A DNA stretch of 64,000 nucleotides from an uncultured Desulfosarcina sp. (GTDB lineage Bacteria; Desulfobacterota; Desulfobacteria; Desulfobacterales; Desulfosarcinaceae), in NCBI GenBank assembly GCA_963674945.2, contig CAXXWQ010000001.1, forward strand, positions 192,001 to 256,000, written 5' to 3'. Each line of letters begins with the position of its first letter. The stretch's first letter is position 1. The notes beneath the pieces are model-generated. The model was not told the DNA's origin. It did not search any database and was given only the letters and a program-made list of their open reading frames with translations. A program made the translations under genes and the position numbers. Below are positions 21,364 through 30,195 of this stretch, piece after piece.

Positions 21364-21676
21364 TTGACTTACCTTCCAGAGGTTGCCGGGTGTGCCAATT
21401 TTATCAATACCGATCTGATCGCCGCAGAATTGTCGCCGTTGGCGCCGAACCGGTAAATCCTTGCGGCCAGCAGGTTGCTTCTGAAGAAGATTGCGTCACG
21501 CATCGGACAAAGAGAGGACTTTGCCTTTGAAACCACACTGACCGGCCGTGGATCGCTGTATCTGCTGCATGAATGACGGTGATGAACCGGTGATGATCTC
21601 CGAGCAGCAGGGTAAGAGCCGCCATATCCATCATGAATCCTATTTCCAACTGATATCACAGGAGGCCGGAATATGA
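21361..21676 (+). pseudogene. Zeta-toxin-like / AAA P-loop ATPase remnant
   Basis: [56 protein letters not shown], with an in-frame TAA at 21454-21456 and no Walker A. An internal deletion/frameshift leads to the tail [15 protein letters not shown]. Confidence 0.7.
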
Positions 21677-21745
21677 CGACTACCACACCGTCGGAAAACG
21701 GGAAAAAAGTCTTGGAATCCCTGAAAAAAGCCGTTTCCGATGCAA
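21673..21745 (+). pseudogene. Truncated small partner gene of the zeta-like ATPase
   Basis: ATGA overlap with the ATPase remnant and a GGAGG RBS; MTTTTPSENGKKVLESLKKAVSDA then runs into the convergent S8 gene. Confidence 0.45.
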
Positions 21746-21748
21746 TTT

Positions 21749-23161
21749 CTATTCGCCTCCCGATCTTGCCTCTTTCAGTAGACGCAAGATGGTCGACCGA
21801 TCCGCATCGGGATGTTGGTTCAGCAGGTTGGCCACCTGCCGGGCCGTGTACGCGGTGGCGATGGAGGTGCCTGCGTAGGTTCCCGGGTCACCCTTGTACC
21901 CCACCGGCAGTTCCGCCAGACCCGGTGCGGAAACGGCCACGAAGTCGCCGAAATTGGACTGCTCCCATTTTTCTCCTTTTTGATCCAGCGCGCCAACTCC
22001 AATGACGCTGTCGTAGGCGGCCGGATAGACCGGGTTTCCCGAAGGGGTGTTGCCCGCCGCCGCCACGATCACCAATCCCTTTTTTACTGCATAATCGATG
22101 GCCGATTCCAGCAGAGGGCTTGGATTCTCCGTCCCCCAACTCAGGCTCAATACACGCGCGCCGTTTTCCATGGCATGGTCGATGGAGCGGATCAGCGTAT
22201 GGGTGGAGGTGAATCCGTTGTCGTCGAATGTTCGGATGGCCACCACCGGGCTTCCTGTGGATGGCTCGTTTTCCGTTCCCAAAGGATTGACCGCCCCCGA
22301 TGCGATAAGGGCCATTTGCGTGCCGTGGCCGGACTCGTCTCCCACGTCGGCGTCCAGTGCAATGGCGTCGTAGGTGTTCTGAACCAGGGGATTGGTCGCA
22401 TAATCGGGACGAAGTCCGCTGTCCATTACCGCGATGACGGTACCCCCCGTTGACGGTAGCAGTGACGAAGGCGGCGGCGGTGATTCGCCCGGGCGATGCG
22501 TCGGCCGGTCTCCCTCCAGCGGGTAGGCATAGTCCGGCTCGGCACGCTGGATTCCGGGGATGTCACCGATGGATTCGGCGATGGCCGGCACATCACTTCC
22601 ATGGGGAAGGCGCAGCCGAAGGATGCCAAGGGGCTCGTATCTGTCGATGACGCTGGCACCCAGGCGGTCCAAAAGGGTTGCCAGCTTTTTTTGCGACATC
22701 GCGGGACCCACCCGGATCAACAAAATGTCCTGCACGTGAAAGGCGCCATCTCCCTTGTGTGTCACGGCAAGATTGATTCGGTTTCGCAGCGGACGGATCC
22801 GTTCCTCTTGTCCCTTGTAAAAAATGCGAATCTCCCATAGCCGAGGTTCGTCGTCTCCGGACGCCCGGTCTTTTCTCCAGATGAGAGCATAGTCGACGGT
22901 TCGCAGCATGCTGGATATCGCCTGGTCGATGGGACGATCATGAAAGGACGCGGTGATTTTCGGGTTGATACTCGGATCGATGCGGATGCGGACTCCCTGG
23001 TCTGCCAGAGCGTTCAGGAGGGTGGTCAGCGGCTGTTCCTTCACTTCCAGTGTGAGCCGGTCGTTTTGCAAAAGGACCAGAGGCACAAACGCGTGCGTGA
23101 TCCCCGAAAAGGCCGGCAAGAAGATCGCCAGTAAGACGACATACAATTTTCGTCCGCTCAT
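21749..23161 (-). CDS. Secreted S8 (subtilisin-like) serine peptidase with N-terminal STN-like domain and prodomain
   Basis: Catalytic triad AVMDSG / GHGTQMA / AGTSIAT, oxyanion AAAGN and a signal peptide. The N-terminal LTLEVKEQPL..IDPSI..ITASF segment resembles a secretin/TonB short N-terminal domain. Confidence 0.88.
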   Translation of the reverse strand: MSGRKLYVVLLAIFLPAFSGITHAFVPLVLLQNDRLTLEVKEQPLTTLLNALADQGVRIRIDPSINPKITASFHDRPIDQAISSMLRTVDYALIWRKDRASGDDEPRLWEIRIFYKGQEERIRPLRNRINLAVTHKGDGAFHVQDILLIRVGPAMSQKKLATLLDRLGASVIDRYEPLGILRLRLPHGSDVPAIAESIGDIPGIQRAEPDYAYPLEGDRPTHRPGESPPPPSSLLPSTGGTVIAVMDSGLRPDYATNPLVQNTYDAIALDADVGDESGHGTQMALIASGAVNPLGTENEPSTGSPVVAIRTFDDNGFTSTHTLIRSIDHAMENGARVLSLSWGTENPSPLLESAIDYAVKKGLVIVAAAGNTPSGNPVYPAAYDSVIGVGALDQKGEKWEQSNFGDFVAVSAPGLAELPVGYKGDPGTYAGTSIATAYTARQVANLLNQHPDADRSTILRLLKEARSGGE

Positions 23162-23163
23162 GA

Positions 23164-26100
23164 TCAGGGGCCTTTCATTTGTTTTTGAAGGTCCTCTTCG
23201 TTCGTTGGTGTTGTTTTCGTTTTCGATTCACCCGTTGCCAACTCCGCCGCGCTTTCCACCAGTTTGAAGGGGGATTTCAGGGTTCTTTCCATGATTCCCA
23301 AAAGGCCCGTGCCAACGGCTTTGGGGGACATCGTCACAACATTCGGGTTGTTCAGGGTACCCCCCAGGTGCAGGGGGAAGGAGATCAGGGATCCACCGGC
23401 AATATAACCGATGATGGGCAATTTGTTAACGATCCGATCGACTGTTTTCAGAGGCGCGACCAAGAGTGCGATGTCCATCTCTTTATCCGCCAGGTCAATG
23501 CTTCCCTGACCGGTGATCGTAACGGCGTTCCCGTCGAGAAGGATTTCATCGATGACGAGTTTTCCGCCATCGATTCTTGCTTTCGCAAAGATACGGGAAT
23601 ATCCGAACCCCTTTTCCGCCAGGTCGGATCTCCCACCGGTGAAGATTTCTGTGATATTGAGGATGGAAAATACCTTCATCAGTACACTCGCATATACGAT
23701 CCTTCCGTTTTCGGAAGAAAATGTCAGTTCTCCTTTCAGCAATTGCGGGGATGCCTCACGGGTTGGCGGTAGATCAATGGTTCCGCTCAGATCGTATTGG
23801 GCGTTCGCCTCGATCGGGTGTTGAAACAGGCAGCGAAACGTCTTCTCCAGAGAGGCGCCCGTCGTCGAAGGTGTGACGTGCATGCTGAATCCATCGGGGG
23901 AAAAACCAATCTTTCCGATGGTGGCGATTTCGCACAGATCGGCCCGTTTCATCTCTATTTCCGTTGTCGTTCCATCTATCCGAACCTCTGATTCGATATC
24001 CGTCCAGGTATGACCGGCGTAAGAGAGGTCTGCAGCCCGTACGCGAACCGTCCCATGTGCCGTAACGGCCGGAACGGTCGTGTGGGGGGCATTCTCTTCC
24101 GGTTTCTTGCCTTCCGAGGCTGCAAACAGTCCGATCAACTGCTCGCTGATTCGGTCGGTATCCACATCGAGATCGAAGGAGATTCCATCCGGAGCGCGGG
24201 CGAGAAATCCATCTACGACAACAATACTGTCGCAGATGGCAATTTCCGAGGATGTGATGTTCAGCCTGGATTTATCTCCTTTTAAAAAAAAATGGTTGAT
24301 GTCCACGCGATCGAGGTCCCTGGGGAACAGGTGTACGCCCGTTCCCGAAAGCACTCCGGAAAGAGATGACTGGGTGGGTCTCTTCGCGTCGATGGTTGCT
24401 GAAAAATTACCCGTCAATCCACCGGAAAGGACGCGATTTTCCTTGAGAAGCCGGTCGGCGGTCTCTTTTTTGACATTTCCCGAAAAGGTCATCTCGAATC
24501 CTTCATCCAGTTGGCGGCCCGAGATCGTCGCCTTGGAGTGGCCATCCGAGAATCGGATGTCACGGAAATGCCATTTCCCCGACGTGTAGGTCACGTCGGC
24601 GGCAAGGGTCACTCCCCCGGCGGTATCCAATTCACCCATGAAGGAGAACATCCGGTCGTCATGTTTCGCGATGTTGACCCCACGCAAGGTTACGGGTGGT
24701 TTCAACTGAAGACGACGGGGAATGGGAAGGATCGTGCTCAGCCACCCGATGACGGCTTGCCCCATGGTGCCGTCGATGCGCCCGGTTGCCGATCCATGGT
24801 TTGCGATGCCCTGGGATTGGTACGAAGATACGAAACGGCCATCCAGAAAACGAACGCCCACATCCAATGCACTCTCATGATCGGCACCGTATGTCACCCG
24901 TCCACCTGAAAAGCAGATGGGAAAGGGTGTTAGGGGGGTGCTCATCCAGATCTCTTTTGGCGTTCCGGCGATTTCAAGATCCCAGTTTCCCGGTTTTGTG
25001 AGGGGGCCGGAAATCGTGACTGTGGATAGGTGCCCGAAGCCGATGATGGAGGCAATGTACTGTTTGAGACCGGCAATTTCCTCGAAGGAGGTCAACCAAT
25101 TGAAAAAGATTTCCATGTCGACCTCCACGTCCGGTGATGCGAGAAAGAGCGTGGACGGTCCTTCCCATTGGATGGCGCCATCGAGGCCGGCAAAATCGGC
25201 CCCCTTGAATCTGCCGTTGACATCGGAAAAGGTTACCTGCTTGTCCTTGTAGTTTACGTCACCGGTCATCCCTTCGATGTCGGCTTCGATGCCGATGATG
25301 GTGATACGACCGTCGGTCAGATGGCCGGTTGCTCCCATTGTCGTCTCTTCCCAGCCGTCGTCTTGGGACGTGAACGCTGCGAAATAGGTGACATCGGTCA
25401 AAATACCTTCCCGGGCCACAGAAAATGCCGTTTGGATCGAATCCAGATCGCCGAAAAGGTTACGGGTCACGCTACCGGCCACGGCCACGTCCAGCCGGTC
25501 GGCACTGGCACGAAACATCAGTGAGGTCCCATCTTTGTCTTTGGCGGGGCCGATGGTGATGCCGGCGGAAAGATCCAGTGCCGGTTTGGTGCTTTGTATC
25601 CGATCCAGCGAGACCGAGAGTGCCTGGCCGGAAAGATCATAGCCGCCTGACACGACGACCCCTTGAAGATCCAGTGATTGATTCTTTCGTTTGACGGATA
25701 AGGAGGGGAGACTGACATCGATCCGGCCATTCAGCGATTCCGGTCCGTGTATGGCGAACTCGGTTTTCACGGTCGCCAGACCGCTGGCGGTCCCGCGGAT
25801 GCCCCCCGGGCCAAGGTCATCAGCGATGGCATCGTGCTCCGTCAGCGCAGAGAGATTTACACCGGTAAGGGCGATCTTTCCTGTGGCAGAAAGGAAGGCG
25901 GTATCTGCATCCGCACCGATGGAGATTTCGTTTATCGAATCCGATCGACCCTTTACGGCCAGACGAAGGCGCTCACCATCGTTTTCCAAGATCGCATCGA
26001 TGGCGGTTACTTCGAATGTTCCCTTTTTTCGCGTTATCAGGGCGAGCTTTCCTTTGTCAATGTGCACATTCAATCCGGGATCGATCTTGGCCATGGTACC

Positions 26101-26550
26101 AAAGATACCCTGGATGGCCGAGGCAAGGGTTTTCGACAGGGAAGCAAAATCCGTCGGTGGGGTCGGCATCCGTACCGATTCGTCTGCCGGTTGGCGGTGA
26201 ATTTCCATGTCCGGTGAAAGCAGTGTCAGTTGCCGGATGCGAACCTCTCCCCTAAGGAGTGGAAGAATTTGCACATATACGGACAGTTTCTGTGCGTGAA
26301 CCGAAAAGTGATCCGGACGATACAGATGAATTCCTTGCGCCGCCACATGGGGCATGGGGAAATAGCCGATGGTCAGGCGTTCATAATCCAGGGTCCCGCC
26401 CGTAATTTGGGTGGCCTTGGTCTTGATATAGGTTCTTACCATCGTCCGGTTTGCCATGAGGTGGGTGACGACGACGGCGGTGACCACGATGGCCATTGTC
26501 ATACCGGCACAGGAAAGGGCGACGAGGAACAGTTTTTTGGTGCGGCGCAT
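23164..26550 (-). CDS. AsmA-like / YhdP-type periplasm-bridging protein
   Basis: N-terminal TM anchor, long beta-rich body and AsmA_2-like C-terminus (ITGQGSIDL..VAPLKTVD..LPIIGYI..GTLNNP). Confidence 0.82.
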   Translation of the reverse strand: MRRTKKLFLVALSCAGMTMAIVVTAVVVTHLMANRTMVRTYIKTKATQITGGTLDYERLTIGYFPMPHVAAQGIHLYRPDHFSVHAQKLSVYVQILPLLRGEVRIRQLTLLSPDMEIHRQPADESVRMPTPPTDFASLSKTLASAIQGIFGTMAKIDPGLNVHIDKGKLALITRKKGTFEVTAIDAILENDGERLRLAVKGRSDSINEISIGADADTAFLSATGKIALTGVNLSALTEHDAIADDLGPGGIRGTASGLATVKTEFAIHGPESLNGRIDVSLPSLSVKRKNQSLDLQGVVVSGGYDLSGQALSVSLDRIQSTKPALDLSAGITIGPAKDKDGTSLMFRASADRLDVAVAGSVTRNLFGDLDSIQTAFSVAREGILTDVTYFAAFTSQDDGWEETTMGATGHLTDGRITIIGIEADIEGMTGDVNYKDKQVTFSDVNGRFKGADFAGLDGAIQWEGPSTLFLASPDVEVDMEIFFNWLTSFEEIAGLKQYIASIIGFGHLSTVTISGPLTKPGNWDLEIAGTPKEIWMSTPLTPFPICFSGGRVTYGADHESALDVGVRFLDGRFVSSYQSQGIANHGSATGRIDGTMGQAVIGWLSTILPIPRRLQLKPPVTLRGVNIAKHDDRMFSFMGELDTAGGVTLAADVTYTSGKWHFRDIRFSDGHSKATISGRQLDEGFEMTFSGNVKKETADRLLKENRVLSGGLTGNFSATIDAKRPTQSSLSGVLSGTGVHLFPRDLDRVDINHFFLKGDKSRLNITSSEIAICDSIVVVDGFLARAPDGISFDLDVDTDRISEQLIGLFAASEGKKPEENAPHTTVPAVTAHGTVRVRAADLSYAGHTWTDIESEVRIDGTTTEIEMKRADLCEIATIGKIGFSPDGFSMHVTPSTTGASLEKTFRCLFQHPIEANAQYDLSGTIDLPPTREASPQLLKGELTFSSENGRIVYASVLMKVFSILNITEIFTGGRSDLAEKGFGYSRIFAKARIDGGKLVIDEILLDGNAVTITGQGSIDLADKEMDIALLVAPLKTVDRIVNKLPIIGYIAGGSLISFPLHLGGTLNNPNVVTMSPKAVGTGLLGIMERTLKSPFKLVESAAELATGESKTKTTPTNEEDLQKQMKGP

Positions 26551-27216
26551 TTAGTTTCCTTGGGATCGAGCCAGGAATTTACCCACCAACATGGCAATGA
26601 GAATGGTGAGGTACAATTGACCGAGGATGGCGATGAACAGAGACATGGATCGGGCCAGGTGTGAGATCGGCGTGACGTCTCCGTATCCTAAAGTGGTGAG
26701 GGTGACGAAACTGAAGTAGAGGAAATCGTGGGCTTGCGGTTCCCCTTGCCCCGCAAATTGGATGGCATGGCCCCCGGGCGGGTGTTGGAACGTATAGATA
26801 ATATCACATATGCGAAGCATGTATGCGCTCAATAGACCCAAAAGGAGGTATCCGTTAATGGCGCTGAGAATCGTCGTGGCCGTTACATTTGGGTTCCTGG
26901 CGATGTGACGGATCAGCAACACGACGATGCACAACAGAAAAAGCATCGTGCTGACAAAATCCATGAGCGCGATGAGGTCTGTCGCAAAAAAATGGTGGAT
27001 CCATGTGGTTGTTGCCGTCAGCGTACCCAAAGGGAGCAGAATCTTCAGCGTTTTGCCGGAAAAATCCAGGGAGAAGATGCCGGAATACAAGATGGCGGTC
27101 ATGATAATGTCCCGAAGCAGGAACCTTTTGGTGACGATCACGGGAAGCATGAAGACCGTCACCAAAAGGCATACCAAAAGGACGACGTTATTGCGGACCA
27201 GGTTCTTGAACTCCAT
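26551..27216 (-). CDS. Potassium channel family protein (Ion_trans_2)
   Basis: Pore motif LYFSFVTLTTLGYGDVTP; multiple TM segments. Confidence 0.9.
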   Translation of the reverse strand: MEFKNLVRNNVVLLVCLLVTVFMLPVIVTKRFLLRDIIMTAILYSGIFSLDFSGKTLKILLPLGTLTATTTWIHHFFATDLIALMDFVSTMLFLLCIVVLLIRHIARNPNVTATTILSAINGYLLLGLLSAYMLRICDIIYTFQHPPGGHAIQFAGQGEPQAHDFLYFSFVTLTTLGYGDVTPISHLARSMSLFIAILGQLYLTILIAMLVGKFLARSQGN

Positions 27217-28038
27217 CTACTTCAGGTTTTCCAGCCACGACGGATCTTCGATCCACTTGGCCTTGAGTTTGATCAGTTCATCGGATTCCCGCAAGGTATG
27301 CAGAAAGTTATTGAGCCAGTTGGTGAGATGTGCATCCCCCGGTGGGATGGCGATTCCTAACGGTTCATAGGTAAAGGGGGTGATCAGCGATACCAATCCT
27401 TCGTCGGGGTGACGAAGCAGGGACAACACACAGGCATGGTAATCGGCGACCATGGCGTCCACTTCGTTGTCCAGGACTTTTTTCACGGCATCTTCGTAAT
27501 TTTTCGTGGTGACCAAACGTGCCCTGGGCATCAGCGTCTCGATCAGCATTGCACTGGTGCTGCTCTCCAGGGCAACGTAGGCAAATGCCTCCGAATTGAG
27601 TTTCGCTGTGTCCTGGGTTGCCACGAGGGATTTGAATTTGGTCAACAGGGCCTTGCCCGTGATGTGATAGGGGCCGACGAAATCCACCTTGATATTTCGA
27701 TCCGGGGTTATGGTCATGCCGGATATCACCATGTCCACTTCATCGTTTCTAAGAGCCGGCAGCAGATCCGGAAAGGGTTTCACGATCAGGCTCAATTCCA
27801 CGTCCAGTGCTGCGGCCACGTATCGGCCCAAATCCACATCCAGTCCCATGGGCAGACCGGACTTGTCCAACATGTTCAATGGCGGCATGTTGGCCGAAGT
27901 TCCAACACGCAATACGCCGCTTTGGACGATACGATTCAGGTTGGACAAGGGCAACGCATCACCACCGGTGTGGGTGCATGCCATTGTGACCATAGCGAGT
28001 AAGAGTATAAGGTACCAGGGGCCCTTTGCTTGCTTCAT
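27217..28038 (-). CDS. Family-3 (polar amino acid) solute-binding lipoprotein
   Basis: Lipobox-like MAC, LRVGTS..MPPL, GLDVDL, SGMTITPDR and EPLGIA; AGGAGA RBS before ATG 28038. Confidence 0.9.
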   Translation of the reverse strand: MKQAKGPWYLILLLAMVTMACTHTGGDALPLSNLNRIVQSGVLRVGTSANMPPLNMLDKSGLPMGLDVDLGRYVAAALDVELSLIVKPFPDLLPALRNDEVDMVISGMTITPDRNIKVDFVGPYHITGKALLTKFKSLVATQDTAKLNSEAFAYVALESSTSAMLIETLMPRARLVTTKNYEDAVKKVLDNEVDAMVADYHACVLSLLRHPDEGLVSLITPFTYEPLGIAIPPGDAHLTNWLNNFLHTLRESDELIKLKAKWIEDPSWLENLK

Positions 28039-28192
28039 TACAATTCTCCTCACGTGATGGCAATTTTTAAGGAACGAACGATTACCGAAAAAAGTTATGG
28101 GATGAACAATTTGCGCTGTCACCGGGGCTGGTGATGTTGGCTGGACTCACGCAAACTTCGACGGGTTCATCAACTTTGGATACGCAAAAAAT

Positions 28193-28221
28193 TTTCTACC
28201 ACAATGCCCCAAAAGGGTCAA
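28193..28221 (-). promoter_or_regulatory. Putative sigma70 promoter for the SBP-channel-AsmA-S8 operon
   Basis: Minus strand TTGACC-N17-TAGAAA with an extended -10 TG. Confidence 0.3.
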
Positions 28222-28257
28222 TGTGTCGGTTTTATGAAAAGCGTACTTAAACTTCGG

Positions 28258-28911
28258 TCAATCGATTTCCGGATAGATTATCTTTCGGCAGGGGGGACAA
28301 ATGGTATGGGAAAAATCGACTTCGGCGTGTTCGGCGACATATTCCTCGATGTTCCACCAGTTGCCATCATCGTCTCGAATCTTTTTACATCCTGAACAGA
28401 TGGGAAGAAGTCCGCGCAGCATCTGATTTTCCGCCTCCAGTGCCTGTTGATGACTGATGGCGGTTTCCAATTCCAGAAGCAGACGATCACGCTCCATCCT
28501 GAGGGCGTGTTGTTTGGAGATGTTGCGCATGATGCCGAACAATTGGGTCCGATCATTTTCATCTTTAAAGAATTTGGCCGTGATTTCAACCCAGAACGTG
28601 GAACCATCCTTGTGGGTAAGGGAAAATTCCGCCTTGCGTTTGACATTTTTCCCCAATTTGAATTTTCGATGCGCCTCGGTCAGGATCTCCATGGCTCGGC
28701 CAACACTTTGAGAAGCCATCTTTTCCAACAGATCCGGACGGCTGACCTCATCTGTCGTGTAGCCGCTGATCGCTTCGATGGATGGACTGATATAGGTAAA
28801 ACACATGTCTTCGATGTCCACCACCCAGATCACATCGACGATGGATTTTTCGATGACCTGATGCTGTTTTTCGTATTGAGAAATGATTTTTTCGATGGAA
28901 TCATTTATCAT
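28258..28911 (-). CDS. PAS-domain protein with coiled coil and C-terminal Cys-rich domain (start uncertain)
   Basis: PAS/PAC (YISPSIEAISGY, HKDGSTFWVE, RNIS) followed by LLPICSGCKKIRD..FSHTICPPC. Confidence 0.82.
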   Translation of the reverse strand: MINDSIEKIISQYEKQHQVIEKSIVDVIWVVDIEDMCFTYISPSIEAISGYTTDEVSRPDLLEKMASQSVGRAMEILTEAHRKFKLGKNVKRKAEFSLTHKDGSTFWVEITAKFFKDENDRTQLFGIMRNISKQHALRMERDRLLLELETAISHQQALEAENQMLRGLLPICSGCKKIRDDDGNWWNIEEYVAEHAEVDFSHTICPPCRKIIYPEID

Positions 28912-29070
28912 AATTATCTTTCCCTGTTTTGGACGATACGGCACTCGAACGCCGTACCTTATTATTCGACCAATGGCGGACGATCTTGAGAAAAACCAGC
29001 GATCTTTTTCCATGGCCCTTACCCGGCCAGTCACGACTGGGTTGGCATCGGTTGAATTGAAAACGCGATG

Positions 29071-30195
29071 TTATGATTGCAATTTTTTTTCGATCTTGTC
29101 CGCCAGGTCACCTCTGCCGCGGGCCTTCAACGGCTCGATGAGTTCCGTGTAGAAACTTTCTCTGCCACGAATGGTGATGGAAAAGGCATCCAGCCACGCC
29201 GGATCGACCCGATTGTCTGCAAAGGCGCCGGTTTTTCCCAAAAGGCCCAGCGTCTCCAGTTCCAGCATGGTTCGTACGCACTTTTCGCAACGGCCGCAGT
29301 TGAGCTTGTCCGGCACATTGGCCAGGCAGACGCGAAAATTTTGAAAGGCCACGTCCCACCCGGCGACGATCTCGATTTTTTCCATGCGGGACAACGAAAG
29401 ATCCCGATGACGGATGCGCAGGTCGAAGCTTCCGTACTCCGGATCCAGCAAGGGGTGGGAGCCACACGGATGAAGGTGTTCGATATCATAGGAGGAGGCG
29501 AGCCATGCCAGGGCGATGCGTGGCGAGAATGCATGGGCGGTGGCGGCCAGCACCGCCCCGAAGAAATAGTTGAGCCAAAGATCGCGTTCGTCGCACAGGT
29601 GGCGGATGTTCGTGTAGACGGGAATCAGGTTCATGCCTGCGTTTTCGGCCACCGGTGCCATGGCGGCCTTTGCCCGATCGAAGACGTGGTATTTGGCGCC
29701 CCGCTGGATCACGCCGCCGATATCGAAGCCATGGACCAGCAGGGCGTCTTTGGGATATCCGGGATGGTCCTGCGAGTATCGGTCCATAAGTCGCTTCAAT
29801 GCAGCCAGAGAATCCATGCCGCCGGACAAAAAAAGGGCGCTGTTTCGCTGCTTTTCGCCGTACCTGGGCGTTCGGGCGATGGGTGCTTCGATGGCAAGGG
29901 GGGTAAATCGCCCGCCGGTCCACTTTTCCATCAGGGCCATGACCGTTTCCAGCCCCTCCAACAGGCGGGGGCAGATGGTTTCGGAAATGGCCAGCCGCTC
30001 TTCTTTGAAGTGAAGCGCCGGAATGATGCAGCCTGCGGCAAAGGCGTGGGGATTGGCAGCGATATCATCGGCAAATGTCGATTCGGTCTCGATGAAGACC
30101 TCTTTGGGGGCAAGGTCGCACGATTCGAAGTGAACCAGGGCAGAGACCCGGGTCAGGCCTTCGGTCGTTCTTTCATGCAGATCGGACAGGATCAT
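29071..30195 (-). CDS. Uncharacterised PP-loop (adenine nucleotide alpha-hydrolase superfamily) protein with Zn-binding motif, QueC/MurL-like
   Basis: LFLSGGMDS PP-loop and RVC...NCGRCEKC motif; ATG 30195 overlaps the RimK stop (ATGA). Confidence 0.75.
   Translation of the reverse strand: MILSDLHERTTEGLTRVSALVHFESCDLAPKEVFIETESTFADDIAANPHAFAAGCIIPALHFKEERLAISETICPRLLEGLETVMALMEKWTGGRFTPLAIEAPIARTPRYGEKQRNSALFLSGGMDSLAALKRLMDRYSQDHPGYPKDALLVHGFDIGGVIQRGAKYHVFDRAKAAMAPVAENAGMNLIPVYTNIRHLCDERDLWLNYFFGAVLAATAHAFSPRIALAWLASSYDIEHLHPCGSHPLLDPEYGSFDLRIRHRDLSLSRMEKIEIVAGWDVAFQNFRVCLANVPDKLNCGRCEKCVRTMLELETLGLLGKTGAFADNRVDPAWLDAFSITIRGRESFYTELIEPLKARGRGDLADKIEKKLQS

Noticed and set aside
21454..21456. 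In-frame stop in the zeta-like fragment as possible read-through or recoding
   Set aside because: It is TAA, and it is accompanied by deletions and a frameshift, which fits pseudogene decay.
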